This document shows, piece after piece, positions 18,183 to 28,176 of a stretch of DNA of 47,354 nucleotides. The stretch is from IMG/VR virus record IMGVR_UViG_3300009472_000001, positions 1-47,354 of that record, one strand, 5' to 3'. The position numbers and the translations under genes are program-made. Origin of the DNA: a virus. Its lineage: Duplodnaviria; Caudoviricetes. Each line of letters begins with the position of its first letter. Position 1 is the stretch's first letter. Under the pieces are notes generated by a model, which worked only from the letters and a program-made list of their open reading frames with translations, did not search any database and had not been told where the DNA came from.

Positions 18183-18340
18183 TGGTCGCCATCCATCTTG
18201 CGATACGCTACAGCCGCGCGCCTGACCGTTTCTTTGCACGGTCCACTTCTTGCCCGCCATACCATTGCTAACGACCTAACGATAGAAAATCCCATCATCC
18301 TGCCGCATCTATACGAATTCATAAACCATATTGTTGTCAT
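18179..18340 (-). CDS. Small hypothetical protein (53 aa)
   Basis: Fills the gap with ATGA overlap. Confidence 0.4.
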   Translation of the reverse strand: MTTIWFMNSYRCGRMMGFSIVRSLAMVWRARSGPCKETVRRAAVAYRKMDGDQ

Positions 18341-18341
18341 A

Positions 18342-19520
18342 TCAAAACCACTCAGTTGCTCTAACTATCTGCCCATCATGCGGGCAATGCACGAACGCCT
18401 CAACGGCCTGTCTATTACAATAACCGTTGCGATGATGCCAGCCGTCCGGCGCGCTAGGTGACCTGACGTATTCCGCCACCATGTCGCCACCCTCAACCCT
18501 TGTAGCACCCATATTGATTTGTGTAAATGCCGTATGGTCTTTCTCACTGGCAAACACGTCAACACCCCGCCGCGTTCTAATCTTGTGGTGGAAGTGGTGC
18601 AGGTAAGCATATAGCAGATCGCATTCCGCAATCATGCCGCGCGCTTCTTTCATAAACAACGACGTTAACGCAGCCTCTTTAGCCCCGTCACCATGCGACA
18701 ACATCAACCCATTGCGCCCGTATCCATAGTATTTACGATGGCGCTCGGACATGTTGTATTCAGTCGCCCTGACGCCATCATGACCGCGCATAGCCGCCGC
18801 GATGGTCTGACTTAGCGCCCAACCAGATCGCCAATCATGGTTCGACATGCAATGCACCAGATCAACATCAGCAATCCCGGCGCATTCCCCGATGGCATCA
18901 ATCGTCGCATGTTGTGCCGCGCGCCATGCTGTAAAATAGGTGCCATCCGTATCTTGCGCCGTGCCGCTAGTGGTTGTCTTGCCGTTGTCGGTATGCAGGA
19001 TATCATTGCCCATAACGAACAGAACCCGCCCAACATCATCGCCAGCCCGCGCGATCAATGCACGCGTACCTTCAACAGCCCGATGCCGTGCGACTTCCAC
19101 ATTGTATTCCGCGCTGGTTTCTGACGTGATGCACAGCTTGCCAAAGTGAACGTCAGCCAGATCCAGAACAAGCAGTTTATCACCTTTGACGCCATGATTG
19201 ACACGCGGGGAAAATAACGCACGGTCAAGGGGTTTATAATCGTCTAAGCTGTCTCGGATCACGTCTTGAATGTCGTGCGTATCCTGCCCCAATAATACCG
19301 AATATGTGGTGCTACCATCCGCCTGCGTTTTGACCCAAGTGACCTTTGGCGTGATAGACGTACCCACCGCATCCATCGCCGCAGATATAGCGTTGTCCGC
19401 ATTGGCAAGACGCCGCTTAACCTGCCGCTTGGTGATACCCATGGTAGATGCAATCTCGGCATAGGTCATCCCCGACGCCTGCAACCGTTGTGCCTCTTTG
19501 CGCTGGTCTTGGGTGTTCAT
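18342..19520 (-). CDS. Calcineurin-like metallophosphoesterase with N-terminal HTH
   Basis: DVHFG, GNDILH, SNHD, HGD, HHFHH motifs; N-terminal GMTYAEIASTMGIT HTH. Confidence 0.85.
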   Translation of the reverse strand: MNTQDQRKEAQRLQASGMTYAEIASTMGITKRQVKRRLANADNAISAAMDAVGTSITPKVTWVKTQADGSTTYSVLLGQDTHDIQDVIRDSLDDYKPLDRALFSPRVNHGVKGDKLLVLDLADVHFGKLCITSETSAEYNVEVARHRAVEGTRALIARAGDDVGRVLFVMGNDILHTDNGKTTTSGTAQDTDGTYFTAWRAAQHATIDAIGECAGIADVDLVHCMSNHDWRSGWALSQTIAAAMRGHDGVRATEYNMSERHRKYYGYGRNGLMLSHGDGAKEAALTSLFMKEARGMIAECDLLYAYLHHFHHKIRTRRGVDVFASEKDHTAFTQINMGATRVEGGDMVAEYVRSPSAPDGWHHRNGYCNRQAVEAFVHCPHDGQIVRATEWF

Positions 19521-19789
19521 TAAGCGCCCTTGCCCAAATGATGCTTAAACCCACGCCCCGATGCGAATACACAAGCCGTACCTTCAACCGAAACGATAGC
19601 CGTGGTCCATGTGCCCGTATTGAGGTTCGCATACGTCACCAACATCACGCCCTCTTGAATTGGTGCGCTCGTGATAAGCTGTTCTTTGTACTTGGCCACA
19701 ACGCCCGCAAGCGCTTCAAGTGGTCCGCAGCTCTGTTGTGCTGATACAGGTGCCGCCATCATTGCGATGATAAATGCTAGTGCTTTCAT
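19520..19789 (-). CDS. Putative secreted/periplasmic small protein
   Basis: Signal-like MKALAFIIAMMAAPVSA, two Cys, GTWT motif; GGAGG RBS. Confidence 0.7.
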   Translation of the reverse strand: MKALAFIIAMMAAPVSAQQSCGPLEALAGVVAKYKEQLITSAPIQEGVMLVTYANLNTGTWTTAIVSVEGTACVFASGRGFKHHLGKGA

Positions 19790-19822
19790 TGATCTTTCCT
19801 CCAATATATGATTGCACGTTAC

Positions 19823-19856
19823 CCTATTGACGCGGCAAAAGCAATATGATAGGCCG
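19823..19856 (+). promoter_or_regulatory. Sigma70-like promoter of plus-strand island
   Basis: CCTATTGACGCGGC identical to 44839-44852; TTGACG-N17-TAGGCC. Confidence 0.6.
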
Positions 19857-19880
19857 TTGGGTATGGAAAAGGAGAACGAT

Positions 19881-20057
19881 ATGAAGAAAAGGAGGACCGC
19901 AGAGAGATGGTTAGCAGATATTTTCAGGACAAAAGAACTATTGCGAAAGGCCGACGAGAAAGACAAGAGGCTAGACAAGTCAGTTGGATCGCAAATAAAT
20001 AATTCACAAGACAAAACGCCAGATACGGATTGGCGCAGACTTATGCGAGGAGAATGA
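19881..20057 (+). CDS. Hypothetical basic protein
   Basis: AAGGAGAACGAT-ATG RBS. Confidence 0.6.
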   Translation: MKKRRTAERWLADIFRTKELLRKADEKDKRLDKSVGSQINNSQDKTPDTDWRRLMRGE

Positions 20058-20058
20058 T

Positions 20059-20679
20059 ATGAGAGAATTTAAGGTTGGTGATCGGGTTCGTAGCGATGAG
20101 TACCGTGAACACAAAGGGCGTGATCTTTGGATTGTGGGTGTCGGTTGCGGGGGAACATTTTATTGCTCACCAAATAAATTGCTACATCCAAAGCACAAGG
20201 CAAACGGGTCTTTTTGCTACTATGCATCACACCTCACCCACGCCGAACCAGTACCAATCGGATACACTGGCAAGTTAAAAGATATGGACTTGCAGGCGGG
20301 TGATGTGGTTAAATATCAAGGGGAAGAGTATGCGTTTCAAAATGTCATTCCATATGGTTCGGTGTACGATGGTGAATATGATTTCTACGATGCTATAATG
20401 GAACTAGACGGCGTGGCCACCCTAAGCTCACGCGCAACAGGCAACGCAGCCGACACCGCACCAACATGGTCCGACTGGATGCTATCACGCAAAGACGGCA
20501 CAATTACACAACAGTATGCCGAGGCTGAAACGGTACCGCTAGATGATACAGATCAGGTTGTGTATCGTGGCCGTGATGTTATTGTGAAGTTTGCCATTGG
20601 CGACGATGTGTATTCTGTCACGCTGAAAGACGGCGTGCCGGATTGGTCAACGGTTGTGCATATTAATGGGGAGGGTTGA
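20059..20679 (+). CDS. Hypothetical mosaic-family protein
   Basis: FKVGDRV and LKDMDLQAGDVV...SRAT modules; AGGAGAATGAT RBS. Confidence 0.75.
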   Translation: MREFKVGDRVRSDEYREHKGRDLWIVGVGCGGTFYCSPNKLLHPKHKANGSFCYYASHLTHAEPVPIGYTGKLKDMDLQAGDVVKYQGEEYAFQNVIPYGSVYDGEYDFYDAIMELDGVATLSSRATGNAADTAPTWSDWMLSRKDGTITQQYAEAETVPLDDTDQVVYRGRDVIVKFAIGDDVYSVTLKDGVPDWSTVVHINGEG

Positions 20680-20683
20680 TAAG

Positions 20684-20851
20684 ATGGAATGGCAACCAAT
20701 TGAAACTGCGCCGAAGGGAACAACAGTTTTGGCCTATGGCCCAAGGAGAAACGGTGGCGGGGGGCAAAGCATCATTCGCTGGGGAAACTACTGTAAACAC
20801 AATCAGCCGGGGTTCACTCACTGGATGCCGCTACCTGCACCGCCAACCTAA
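20684..20851 (+). CDS. DUF551-like protein
   Basis: MEWQPIETAPK...THWMPLPAPP. Confidence 0.8.
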   Translation: MEWQPIETAPKGTTVLAYGPRRNGGGGQSIIRWGNYCKHNQPGFTHWMPLPAPPT

Positions 20852-21210
20852 CGCTTCCAAGCAAACGCCCCAGCACCACCAATACACGCAAGCACAATCC
20901 ACCCCGCCCACTCATCAAGTGGTGCGGGGTAAGCTGCGATAGACCATGTCTGCGGATAAGCACATCCAGCGCACCAAAACAGGTTATACAACGTGATGGC
21001 ACCGAACCACACCGCAACAGGCACGGCGAACATCAGCAACGTCACGAACCCACCCGCCTGCATCCATGAGGCACGGTTGGCGTAGTACGACTGCACCACG
21101 TCGGCCTTAATGCGCTCCTTATCGGTTTGCGCGTCAATGTATTCGTCAACCGAACCTAGCGCACGATCAAGGAACCCTGACGTTAGCCATTTAAGTGCGG
21201 CGCGTATCAC
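20848..21210 (-). CDS. Holin-like membrane protein
   Basis: Two to three hydrophobic segments, downstream of endolysin; GTG start overlapping upstream stop. Confidence 0.6.
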   Translation of the reverse strand: MIRAALKWLTSGFLDRALGSVDEYIDAQTDKERIKADVVQSYYANRASWMQAGGFVTLLMFAVPVAVWFGAITLYNLFWCAGCAYPQTWSIAAYPAPLDEWAGWIVLACIGGAGAFAWKR

Positions 21211-21374
21211 AACGTCCAGTCCTTGCGCTTGGCATATAAATAAACCGACTCCACCGCAGCCGCAGAAATGATGCAACCAACTGCAACCACGTCGCTATCA
21301 TTGGCCAATGACGCATAAGCACCGCCGCCCAGCAAGTACCGTAATGCAATCCGAATAAATGGTGCGTAATTCAT
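21207..21374 (-). CDS. Small holin-like membrane protein (55 aa; not in ORF track)
   Basis: MNYAPFIRIALRYLLGG...VESVYLYAKRKDWTL; overlaps endolysin stop. Confidence 0.65.
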   Translation of the reverse strand: MNYAPFIRIALRYLLGGGAYASLANDSDVVAVGCIISAAAVESVYLYAKRKDWTL

Positions 21375-21931
21375 GCCTTAACTCCACTAATAGCCCGCAA
21401 TAGACGCGCCAACCCAGACACCGCAACAGGTGCAACGTCAACGCCGTACCCATCCGCAAGTAACGCCGCGTCATACTCAGACGCAATGGCCGCGATCTGA
21501 TCAGCCTTATCAGTGCCATTCACAACACCCCGCGCGCCAATGAAGTCGCTTCTATGCAGATCAACGTAATGATCCAGACGGCGACCCGTAAACCACCCCT
21601 CAATCATGCCGGATACCAGAACCCGCACCGCCGCAGATGTTTGCATGGCTAGGTCGGGCTGATCCACAAGAGGCAATCCAAGAACCCGTCCCGCCTTCAG
21701 ATAGTTGTAGTCCCAAGTTAGTTGCACATACCCCCGACCGTAATACGGATAGTATCGCAGGTTCTTCTTGCGCCACGCCTCAGACAGCCAGAACGCCTCA
21801 CGCACGGGTTTAATCGTGTGGGCTGTTTCCCATTTAGCCGTCGCCAAGATATACGCGACTTGATTACGCAGCACCCCTTGGCGCTTGCATTCTTCAATGA
21901 TTAGTTGTGTGTCGCCTAGTGTCATGTCCAT
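21371..21931 (-). CDS. Endolysin, glycoside hydrolase family 19-like
   Basis: AYILATAKWET, YYGRGYVQLTWDYNY, ARGVVNGTD. Confidence 0.9.
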   Translation of the reverse strand: MDMTLGDTQLIIEECKRQGVLRNQVAYILATAKWETAHTIKPVREAFWLSEAWRKKNLRYYPYYGRGYVQLTWDYNYLKAGRVLGLPLVDQPDLAMQTSAAVRVLVSGMIEGWFTGRRLDHYVDLHRSDFIGARGVVNGTDKADQIAAIASEYDAALLADGYGVDVAPVAVSGLARLLRAISGVKA

Positions 21932-22082
21932 TGTAAAATTCCCAACTCCTTTGCGTATGCCCCGGATCAATCCAGTTTATCACACGGCAGAACAATTCCC
22001 AATTCTCATCGTGCGCCCTGCTACATATCGACTGACGATCATCGCCAAATACACGCCAGCAAAGCCAATGGGAAACGGTCAT
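21894..22082 (-). CDS. Small hypothetical protein
   Basis: QSICSRA...INWIDPGH pattern near lysis genes. Confidence 0.5.
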   Translation of the reverse strand: MTVSHWLCWRVFGDDRQSICSRAHDENWELFCRVINWIDPGHTQRSWEFYNGHDTRRHTTNH

Positions 22083-22084
22083 AT

Positions 22085-22423
22085 CTAGCCCCCTGTGAAA
22101 TACGATATCATCTTGTCACGCACCGCTTCCCAGAATAACGTCACAGCACCGCCAAGCATCCCCAGCACGATCATACCTCCAAGCACCATCGACTGCCACC
22201 CGTTCACCTTGGCAATGACTGGCTTCACCTTGGCCATGTCGCTTTCAATGTTGGTGACCCTATGATCAATGCTAGAAGCGTTGGACCTGATAGCCGCGAT
22301 ATCCTTAGACATAGCATCGCGCGCAATCTTGGCTTCTTCACGGTCTCGTTCGTCTGCGTCCATCTTGGCTTTTAATGTGGCGTCCAGTCGTGCCAGCGCC
22401 TCGGCTGTTGTTGGCCTATTCAT
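22085..22423 (-). CDS. Coiled-coil protein with C-terminal TM helix (lysis-region membrane protein)
   Basis: Helical N-terminus, TM segment MVLGGMIVLGMLGGAVTLFW. Confidence 0.7.
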   Translation of the reverse strand: MNRPTTAEALARLDATLKAKMDADERDREEAKIARDAMSKDIAAIRSNASSIDHRVTNIESDMAKVKPVIAKVNGWQSMVLGGMIVLGMLGGAVTLFWEAVRDKMISYFTGG

Positions 22424-22424
22424 G

Positions 22425-25400
22425 TCACGCACCCAAGTCCGTAAAGCTGACCTGATGCCAGTTGCCATCATTCCGACGTTCCAGAACCAGCGTATCGACC
22501 ACGTTGTCCATCGTCCGATCTGCGCCAAGCACAAGGTTCCCCGTGCCATCCTTGGCCACCACAGTGCGCGCGCTATCTGCCGCCGTAATCATCAACCTGT
22601 CGCCAAGCTGACCACCGTTGATCGTGGTCAGGTCGTCGGTCGCGGCGTCTGACTGCGTATCGACAGCGTGAACCGCATTGGTTGCCGCGATTACACCGCC
22701 ACTAATGGTAAGTTCAGGACCGACACCAGCTTTTAGCGACAGAATTGTGCCTGTTAGGCTTGTCGAAGTGTTTACCAGAAGGGGAGTATCCTTGAGGCTC
22801 ACAAATCCAACATCAACCCGACACGCTGACGTGTTCCGATTCAGCAGGCTGGCGCAGTCGATTGCCCGAATACCTCGGCCAAACCCTAGATAGCTTTCCG
22901 TGAGCGAAGTTTGAACCCTGATTGCTCCTATAAAGTTTTCATAGTTGCCATCAAATCTGACATTTGTGTCCGAGGTGACATTGACCGCATAGCCCCTGTT
23001 GATCCCTGAATGATACTTTGCATCAAGGTCAAAAGATATTACACCGTGCCCACCCTGTACTACGCAAGGCGCAAGGGCTGGGTAATTTTTGAATTCGTCA
23101 GCGTACGCGTTAAGAACACCGCTCACTGTGATATCGCCGGAGGTTGATCTGACATCAATAGTTGAAGGTCTTGATGCGATAAAATTCGCAAAGTGAATGG
23201 ATACCCTTTCACACTCATTAAATGTAATGCTCTCCCCACCGCGCGCGTCCCAAAGGATGTTCCTGAACGATACGTCATAAGCTACAGGCAGGTAATAGGT
23301 GCCTTTGCGGCGTACCCAGTTTCCATCATAGATGGTTGTTGACGCACTATCGACAAGCGCAGTCAGGAACTCACCTACCTTGAACGGGATACCTCCGACT
23401 GTACCATCGACACTTACAGTCCAATATTGACCGTCATCTGTGGATACTGGGAAGGTTCCGACTGAGGCATCCCATGATCCTTGATTGCTGTACCCCGTCG
23501 TTGTTCCGTTATCAAAACGAACGGCAGTGCAGGACAGCCACGCACTGTCTCGAATAACCCATTCTGTGCTGTCGGTTGTTGATGCGCCGTCCTTAGTCGG
23601 GACAACAAAGTCACCGATAGATATTGAAAGCCCGTCAATAGTTGCCGCAGATGTTGCGACGTAATAAGAGCCTTCCGAGGCGCTTGCGGGGAACACACCG
23701 TCAGCCAATGGATCAAAGTCGCCTACGTTCTCAAGTCGGTATGCGGTGAAATTATCACCGTCAACAGAAACGCCGTGAACGCCTTTGAAGTAGTACCCAC
23801 AGTTCTCCCGACCCGGCCTTGGAATGAACACGTTACCGCCACTGGTCACATTGTGAATTTGCATGAAGTCGGGCGGCGTTGACCCGTAGTTGGCAATGTT
23901 GACGTTATAGGTGAAAATAATCTCACCACCACGAATTACATTATTTCTGATCGTTAAGCCTGCGTAGTTTTCCTCTAGGCGGCCGGGATCAGTTGCTCCT
24001 ACAGGGGATTGCTTTGCATCAATGGCTGCGATGGTGCAGTCGAAGTGGTTGCCCTCAATAATCCATCCCTGCAGGCCACCAGTGCTGTCAACACCGTCAC
24101 GGTAAGCATTCACGAATTTGTTGTTGAATACGTGACAGTAGCGCGGGCCGATATTTCCAACACCGCTGGCCCCAGCCTTGATGTAGTCACCAAAGTTATT
24201 GGTTCCCACACTGTCAACATACCCCATGTTGCCATCGTTTTCATTGTATCGCCCGTAATCACATCGACCGTTCAGGTAGACGAAATAGAACGGCTTACCC
24301 GCCCAACAGTTAGTTACCCGCCAATAGGGATGGTCTATGATATTGAGCAAAAAACCAGACAGAAAGTCGGCCTTGCATTTATCAACAAAGCATCCGCCGC
24401 CCGTGCCGTTATCGTAGAAAACAGCATTACCATTTCCGTTACCTACGATTTCAGCCTCAGTCACTTCAACGTCATAGGCGAACCGCATACCGCGTCCACG
24501 AAATTTGGCGGCGTTAAACATACCGCTGCGACGTGGCAGTCCATTTGCGTCTGCACGGTTGCTAATTAGGTTCATCAAGCCGATTGTGCGCGTTGCATCC
24601 TCGCCACGCGCGATCTGATCCGCGTTATCAGCCTCGATCACAATCGGAGTAGAAACCGTAAACCCTTCATTCGCAGGTGACGCCAGATCAAAATCCACAT
24701 CGCAAATAAACCGTGTGATGCCTGTCAGTCGTGATGCACAGAACTGCGTGAACGCTACTGTGCCGTTGCTTCCGTCTGTGATGCCGACCTGTTTGGCGGT
24801 AATTGCGCCGCGTGTATCTGGCAAGGCGTATAGCTTGACCGGACCATCAGTAGCGGTGTGATTATCCGTCGCGCCGACCAATGCAACCTCATAACGCAGA
24901 CCGTCCGCCTCAATAATATCACCAGCGGCAACAATGAATTGAGCGCCTGAACCCGTGTAACCAATAATCACGTTATTGTCAGATGTCAAATCAGAAACAG
25001 TAGGAAACCAAGCGCGATCAATAACAGAAAGTGCGTTGACCTCGGTCCTGTCAGCATCAATTAGAGCAGCCGCCGCCGCCGCCTCAGCATCCGCAACGGC
25101 ATCAATTGCCGCGTCATACTCGGCTTGGGTCAAGAAGCTAACGACAACCGCACCAGCAACAACCCCAGCCGCCAAGAAGTCAGCAATATCGCCGCCAATA
25201 TCAGCGACCTGCATCAATCCAAAGTCAATCTCAACAGCCGCGTATGATCCCGTACCCTGATAATACATCTTGACGGAATACGCACTGCCCTTCACACCAC
25301 GGGTATTCGACCAAAGATTAACAGCAACCTCGCCACTGCCATCGACCGTCACGAATACAGGAGACGTGCCAATAGACGCGTCGTCAATGGTATCAAAGTC

Positions 25401-25496
25401 AGGGCGATTTAGCCTAAATTCAACCGTTGCGCTATCGAATAATACGCCGTCTGGCATTGGAAGAAAACCAGTGACGGGAACGGTTGTTAATGGCAT
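22425..25496 (-). CDS. Tailspike/receptor-binding protein with parallel beta-helix (putative depolymerase)
   Basis: About 1020 aa; N-terminal anchor, alanine-rich linker, beta-helix-like repeats (IIEGNHF, TIRNNVI). Confidence 0.8.
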   Translation of the reverse strand: MPLTTVPVTGFLPMPDGVLFDSATVEFRLNRPDFDTIDDASIGTSPVFVTVDGSGEVAVNLWSNTRGVKGSAYSVKMYYQGTGSYAAVEIDFGLMQVADIGGDIADFLAAGVVAGAVVVSFLTQAEYDAAIDAVADAEAAAAAALIDADRTEVNALSVIDRAWFPTVSDLTSDNNVIIGYTGSGAQFIVAAGDIIEADGLRYEVALVGATDNHTATDGPVKLYALPDTRGAITAKQVGITDGSNGTVAFTQFCASRLTGITRFICDVDFDLASPANEGFTVSTPIVIEADNADQIARGEDATRTIGLMNLISNRADANGLPRRSGMFNAAKFRGRGMRFAYDVEVTEAEIVGNGNGNAVFYDNGTGGGCFVDKCKADFLSGFLLNIIDHPYWRVTNCWAGKPFYFVYLNGRCDYGRYNENDGNMGYVDSVGTNNFGDYIKAGASGVGNIGPRYCHVFNNKFVNAYRDGVDSTGGLQGWIIEGNHFDCTIAAIDAKQSPVGATDPGRLEENYAGLTIRNNVIRGGEIIFTYNVNIANYGSTPPDFMQIHNVTSGGNVFIPRPGRENCGYYFKGVHGVSVDGDNFTAYRLENVGDFDPLADGVFPASASEGSYYVATSAATIDGLSISIGDFVVPTKDGASTTDSTEWVIRDSAWLSCTAVRFDNGTTTGYSNQGSWDASVGTFPVSTDDGQYWTVSVDGTVGGIPFKVGEFLTALVDSASTTIYDGNWVRRKGTYYLPVAYDVSFRNILWDARGGESITFNECERVSIHFANFIASRPSTIDVRSTSGDITVSGVLNAYADEFKNYPALAPCVVQGGHGVISFDLDAKYHSGINRGYAVNVTSDTNVRFDGNYENFIGAIRVQTSLTESYLGFGRGIRAIDCASLLNRNTSACRVDVGFVSLKDTPLLVNTSTSLTGTILSLKAGVGPELTISGGVIAATNAVHAVDTQSDAATDDLTTINGGQLGDRLMITAADSARTVVAKDGTGNLVLGADRTMDNVVDTLVLERRNDGNWHQVSFTDLGA

Positions 25497-25500
25497 CAAT

Positions 25501-25911
25501 CTATATCCTTGTTTGCATTGCCACCCTGAATAAGTCATCAACGGCAGTGTCATTCATTGCAGTCAGCATGGCATCCAGAATAGGACCGCGCCGTGTGATG
25601 TGGGTTGCTTTCTGCCAGATAATAGCAGATTTAGCGTTCACCGCAAAGATTGCATCGTTCACCCCAGCATCCAGCATCGCCAGCGCCATTTGAGCCGTAC
25701 TGCACTTCATGGCATCCCGCTCAGACGCCAGCAATTCATCCGCGCTAGGCTCAGGCGGGGGCGTGTATTTGGCCACTTTGCCTAGCGCCCCAGACGATGC
25801 GAGCGCCCATAGTTCGCCACTGTCAGGCTCAATAACCACCATGCTATCATCATCACGCACGGCTAGGATCATGTCACCTTCTGCCGTTTGGTATTGTAGG
25901 TGTTTATACAT
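25501..25911 (-). CDS. Tail-fibre-associated protein
   Basis: YTPPPEPSADELLASER...DDLFRVA pattern; located between tail genes. Confidence 0.6.
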   Translation of the reverse strand: MYKHLQYQTAEGDMILAVRDDDSMVVIEPDSGELWALASSGALGKVAKYTPPPEPSADELLASERDAMKCSTAQMALAMLDAGVNDAIFAVNAKSAIIWQKATHITRRGPILDAMLTAMNDTAVDDLFRVAMQTRI

Positions 25912-26425
25912 TATCATTTCCCTCAACACGACCGCCGACGCCAACCCAAAGATTACCACTTGCAATCTTAATCTGTCCATTATGTGTACCATCACCAAGA
26001 TCCCCATTTCCATTACCTTGAAGTAGCACTTGGTCACCGTGTATTACACTAACATCAACAGTCAATGGAGATGTACCTCCAGATGATGCCAAAGTTGTTG
26101 AGACGCCATTACGTATTCTAACCACCTGTCTTGCACCCACAGATCCAGATACATAGTTAACCACGCACCTAACAGTCCCTTGCTGTAAAAATCCGTGTGA
26201 AACAGACGTACCAAAAGTAGAAGTCCCTGTGACTAATGTATTCTGCCCTTGTACCCGTAGGCTATCCCCAGCCACAAGCGTCCCAAGTGCTGCGAACCGC
26301 AAGTTAGGCGCTCCTACATCACCATTCGCAATTGCATCAGGGTTGTCACGCAGTGCGAACATAAGTTCCTGCGTAATCGGGCTGCCGCTGTCAACCTCGC
26401 CATCTACTATTTCACGATACGCCAT
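25904..26425 (-). CDS. Short tail fibre/tip protein
   Basis: SPITQELMFALRDNPDAIANG N-terminal motif; beta-rich C-terminus. Confidence 0.7.
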   Translation of the reverse strand: MAYREIVDGEVDSGSPITQELMFALRDNPDAIANGDVGAPNLRFAALGTLVAGDSLRVQGQNTLVTGTSTFGTSVSHGFLQQGTVRCVVNYVSGSVGARQVVRIRNGVSTTLASSGGTSPLTVDVSVIHGDQVLLQGNGNGDLGDGTHNGQIKIASGNLWVGVGGRVEGNDNV

Positions 26426-28176
26426 TAAAATATCACATACGGACCAGTGCCGTCCCCAAATTCAAGTGTTGCCTCATCCACAATATACGCCCCATTGATC
26501 TTTTGCGCCACACTGGACGCATCATAATCAGGACGCCCGTTTTCCGTTATGAAACCGAACCGCCCTCTAAATTGATACGTTTCCGCCGTGACCTCTACAA
26601 TATGGCCGGGGTCAATCTCTTGCGTCTTGGTGACCTGCATTTGAGTAGGTGAACTTGCACCCGTCACATCTTGAACAACGCGCGTTGTTGCCTCAATCAA
26701 TTCCGCAACTTCAAGCGCGGCACGGTCTTTGATATCAGCATGAAACGAAATACGTTGCGGTGTATCGCGGTAACGGTTCTTTAGCCGCTGCGACACTGCC
26801 GACGCAACCGACCGAATACCATCATTACCAAGCCATGGCTGATAGATTTCCTTGATGCGCGTTTGGTCGTATTCGTTCGCGCTTTCCGCCTGCAAATCAG
26901 CCGCAACATATAGGTTCTTGTAGTTCTCTGAATTGGTCGTGCTTTTGGAGTAGTCAATCACGCCATGATAAAACCATACTTGAGACAGCCGTTGGTCGTG
27001 CAAGTCCTCGGATGTAATGGTCTTTTCTAGGATGTTGCTTTCGTCGCTGATAGGCGTGATGGTTTCCGTTAGACCTACAGGGCGGTTGGCTTTCAACTTG
27101 ATCTCTTGCGCAATCTTATCCCACCAAAAGATAATACCGAACTGCGCAATCTCACCAAGCAATTTAGCGACACCAATAGGCTTTGGAATGGTTCTGGTCA
27201 GCACGGTGGATGCCAACCAAGTATCCAATTCAGTCACCCAATCGGCATAGGGAATGAATGCCGTATCAACGCCCGCAAAGTCACGCAGCAATTCACGCGC
27301 CACATCGTACACCTTGGCACCGTCAACCACATAGGCTTGCTGAAATGTATCATCAGCGCCGTGCGATGATGCCTCAGTTCCGTCCAAGCCGCGCCCCGTC
27401 AATGTCACCACGTCGCCTGACCGCGTGAACGATACGATCTCTGACCCAATGGACGCTTTGCCGGATGCATCATATTCGTCGCCGACCGTTGCAGGGGTAA
27501 GCGTTAACGTGGTGGCGATATCATCAATATCATCGTCTAGCCGACCGTTGCTAGGCGTGGGGCATTGGCTTAAATCCTCATCAGCCAGCTTTAGGGGATC
27601 TTGCGCTGTGATCTGAACATTGCCATCAGCATCCGGACCAACCCATTCCGTAATGATGTAATGCAGCGTATTCATGCTGGCAATATCATCGCCAACGTAG
27701 CCATTCTTGACCCGTAGCGACCGCCCGTAATAATATGGGAACCTTGCCCGCAACTTGCCAAAGTATGTGCCCTGCGACGTGTCATGGGCGCGTTCTGTGA
27801 CGTATGGGTCTGTGATCTGATCGCCCCACTTGAAGTCACGAAATGATACCGTGACCCGTTCGCGCTTTCCAAGTGACCCTAGCCGATCATCAACCGCGCC
27901 CAACGTGATCTCAGTCGGGTTGGTGCTAACCGATTGCAGCGCTGGCCACACGATCTGCCCGTATATTCCAGTGCGTTGGTTCTTGCTGAACGTCAGCGTT
28001 TTGTCAGTGTTGACAAATGCGTCTTGTGTTGCGGATGTTGGGCATGTGGCAAATGTATTATAGCACTTGTCGGCACTATCAACGCCAAGCACGGCAGGAC
28101 AATCACCCGCGCCATACGATAGGCTGCAACTGTCAATGTCGATTTCTACTATTTGCAAAGTCTCACGGCTAGACAT
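26425..28176 (-). CDS. Tail tip/baseplate hub protein
   Basis: About 583 aa, N-terminal C..C..CYNT..TC motif; position after distal tail gene. Confidence 0.75.
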   Translation of the reverse strand: MSSRETLQIVEIDIDSCSLSYGAGDCPAVLGVDSADKCYNTFATCPTSATQDAFVNTDKTLTFSKNQRTGIYGQIVWPALQSVSTNPTEITLGAVDDRLGSLGKRERVTVSFRDFKWGDQITDPYVTERAHDTSQGTYFGKLRARFPYYYGRSLRVKNGYVGDDIASMNTLHYIITEWVGPDADGNVQITAQDPLKLADEDLSQCPTPSNGRLDDDIDDIATTLTLTPATVGDEYDASGKASIGSEIVSFTRSGDVVTLTGRGLDGTEASSHGADDTFQQAYVVDGAKVYDVARELLRDFAGVDTAFIPYADWVTELDTWLASTVLTRTIPKPIGVAKLLGEIAQFGIIFWWDKIAQEIKLKANRPVGLTETITPISDESNILEKTITSEDLHDQRLSQVWFYHGVIDYSKSTTNSENYKNLYVAADLQAESANEYDQTRIKEIYQPWLGNDGIRSVASAVSQRLKNRYRDTPQRISFHADIKDRAALEVAELIEATTRVVQDVTGASSPTQMQVTKTQEIDPGHIVEVTAETYQFRGRFGFITENGRPDYDASSVAQKINGAYIVDEATLEFGDGTGPYVIF

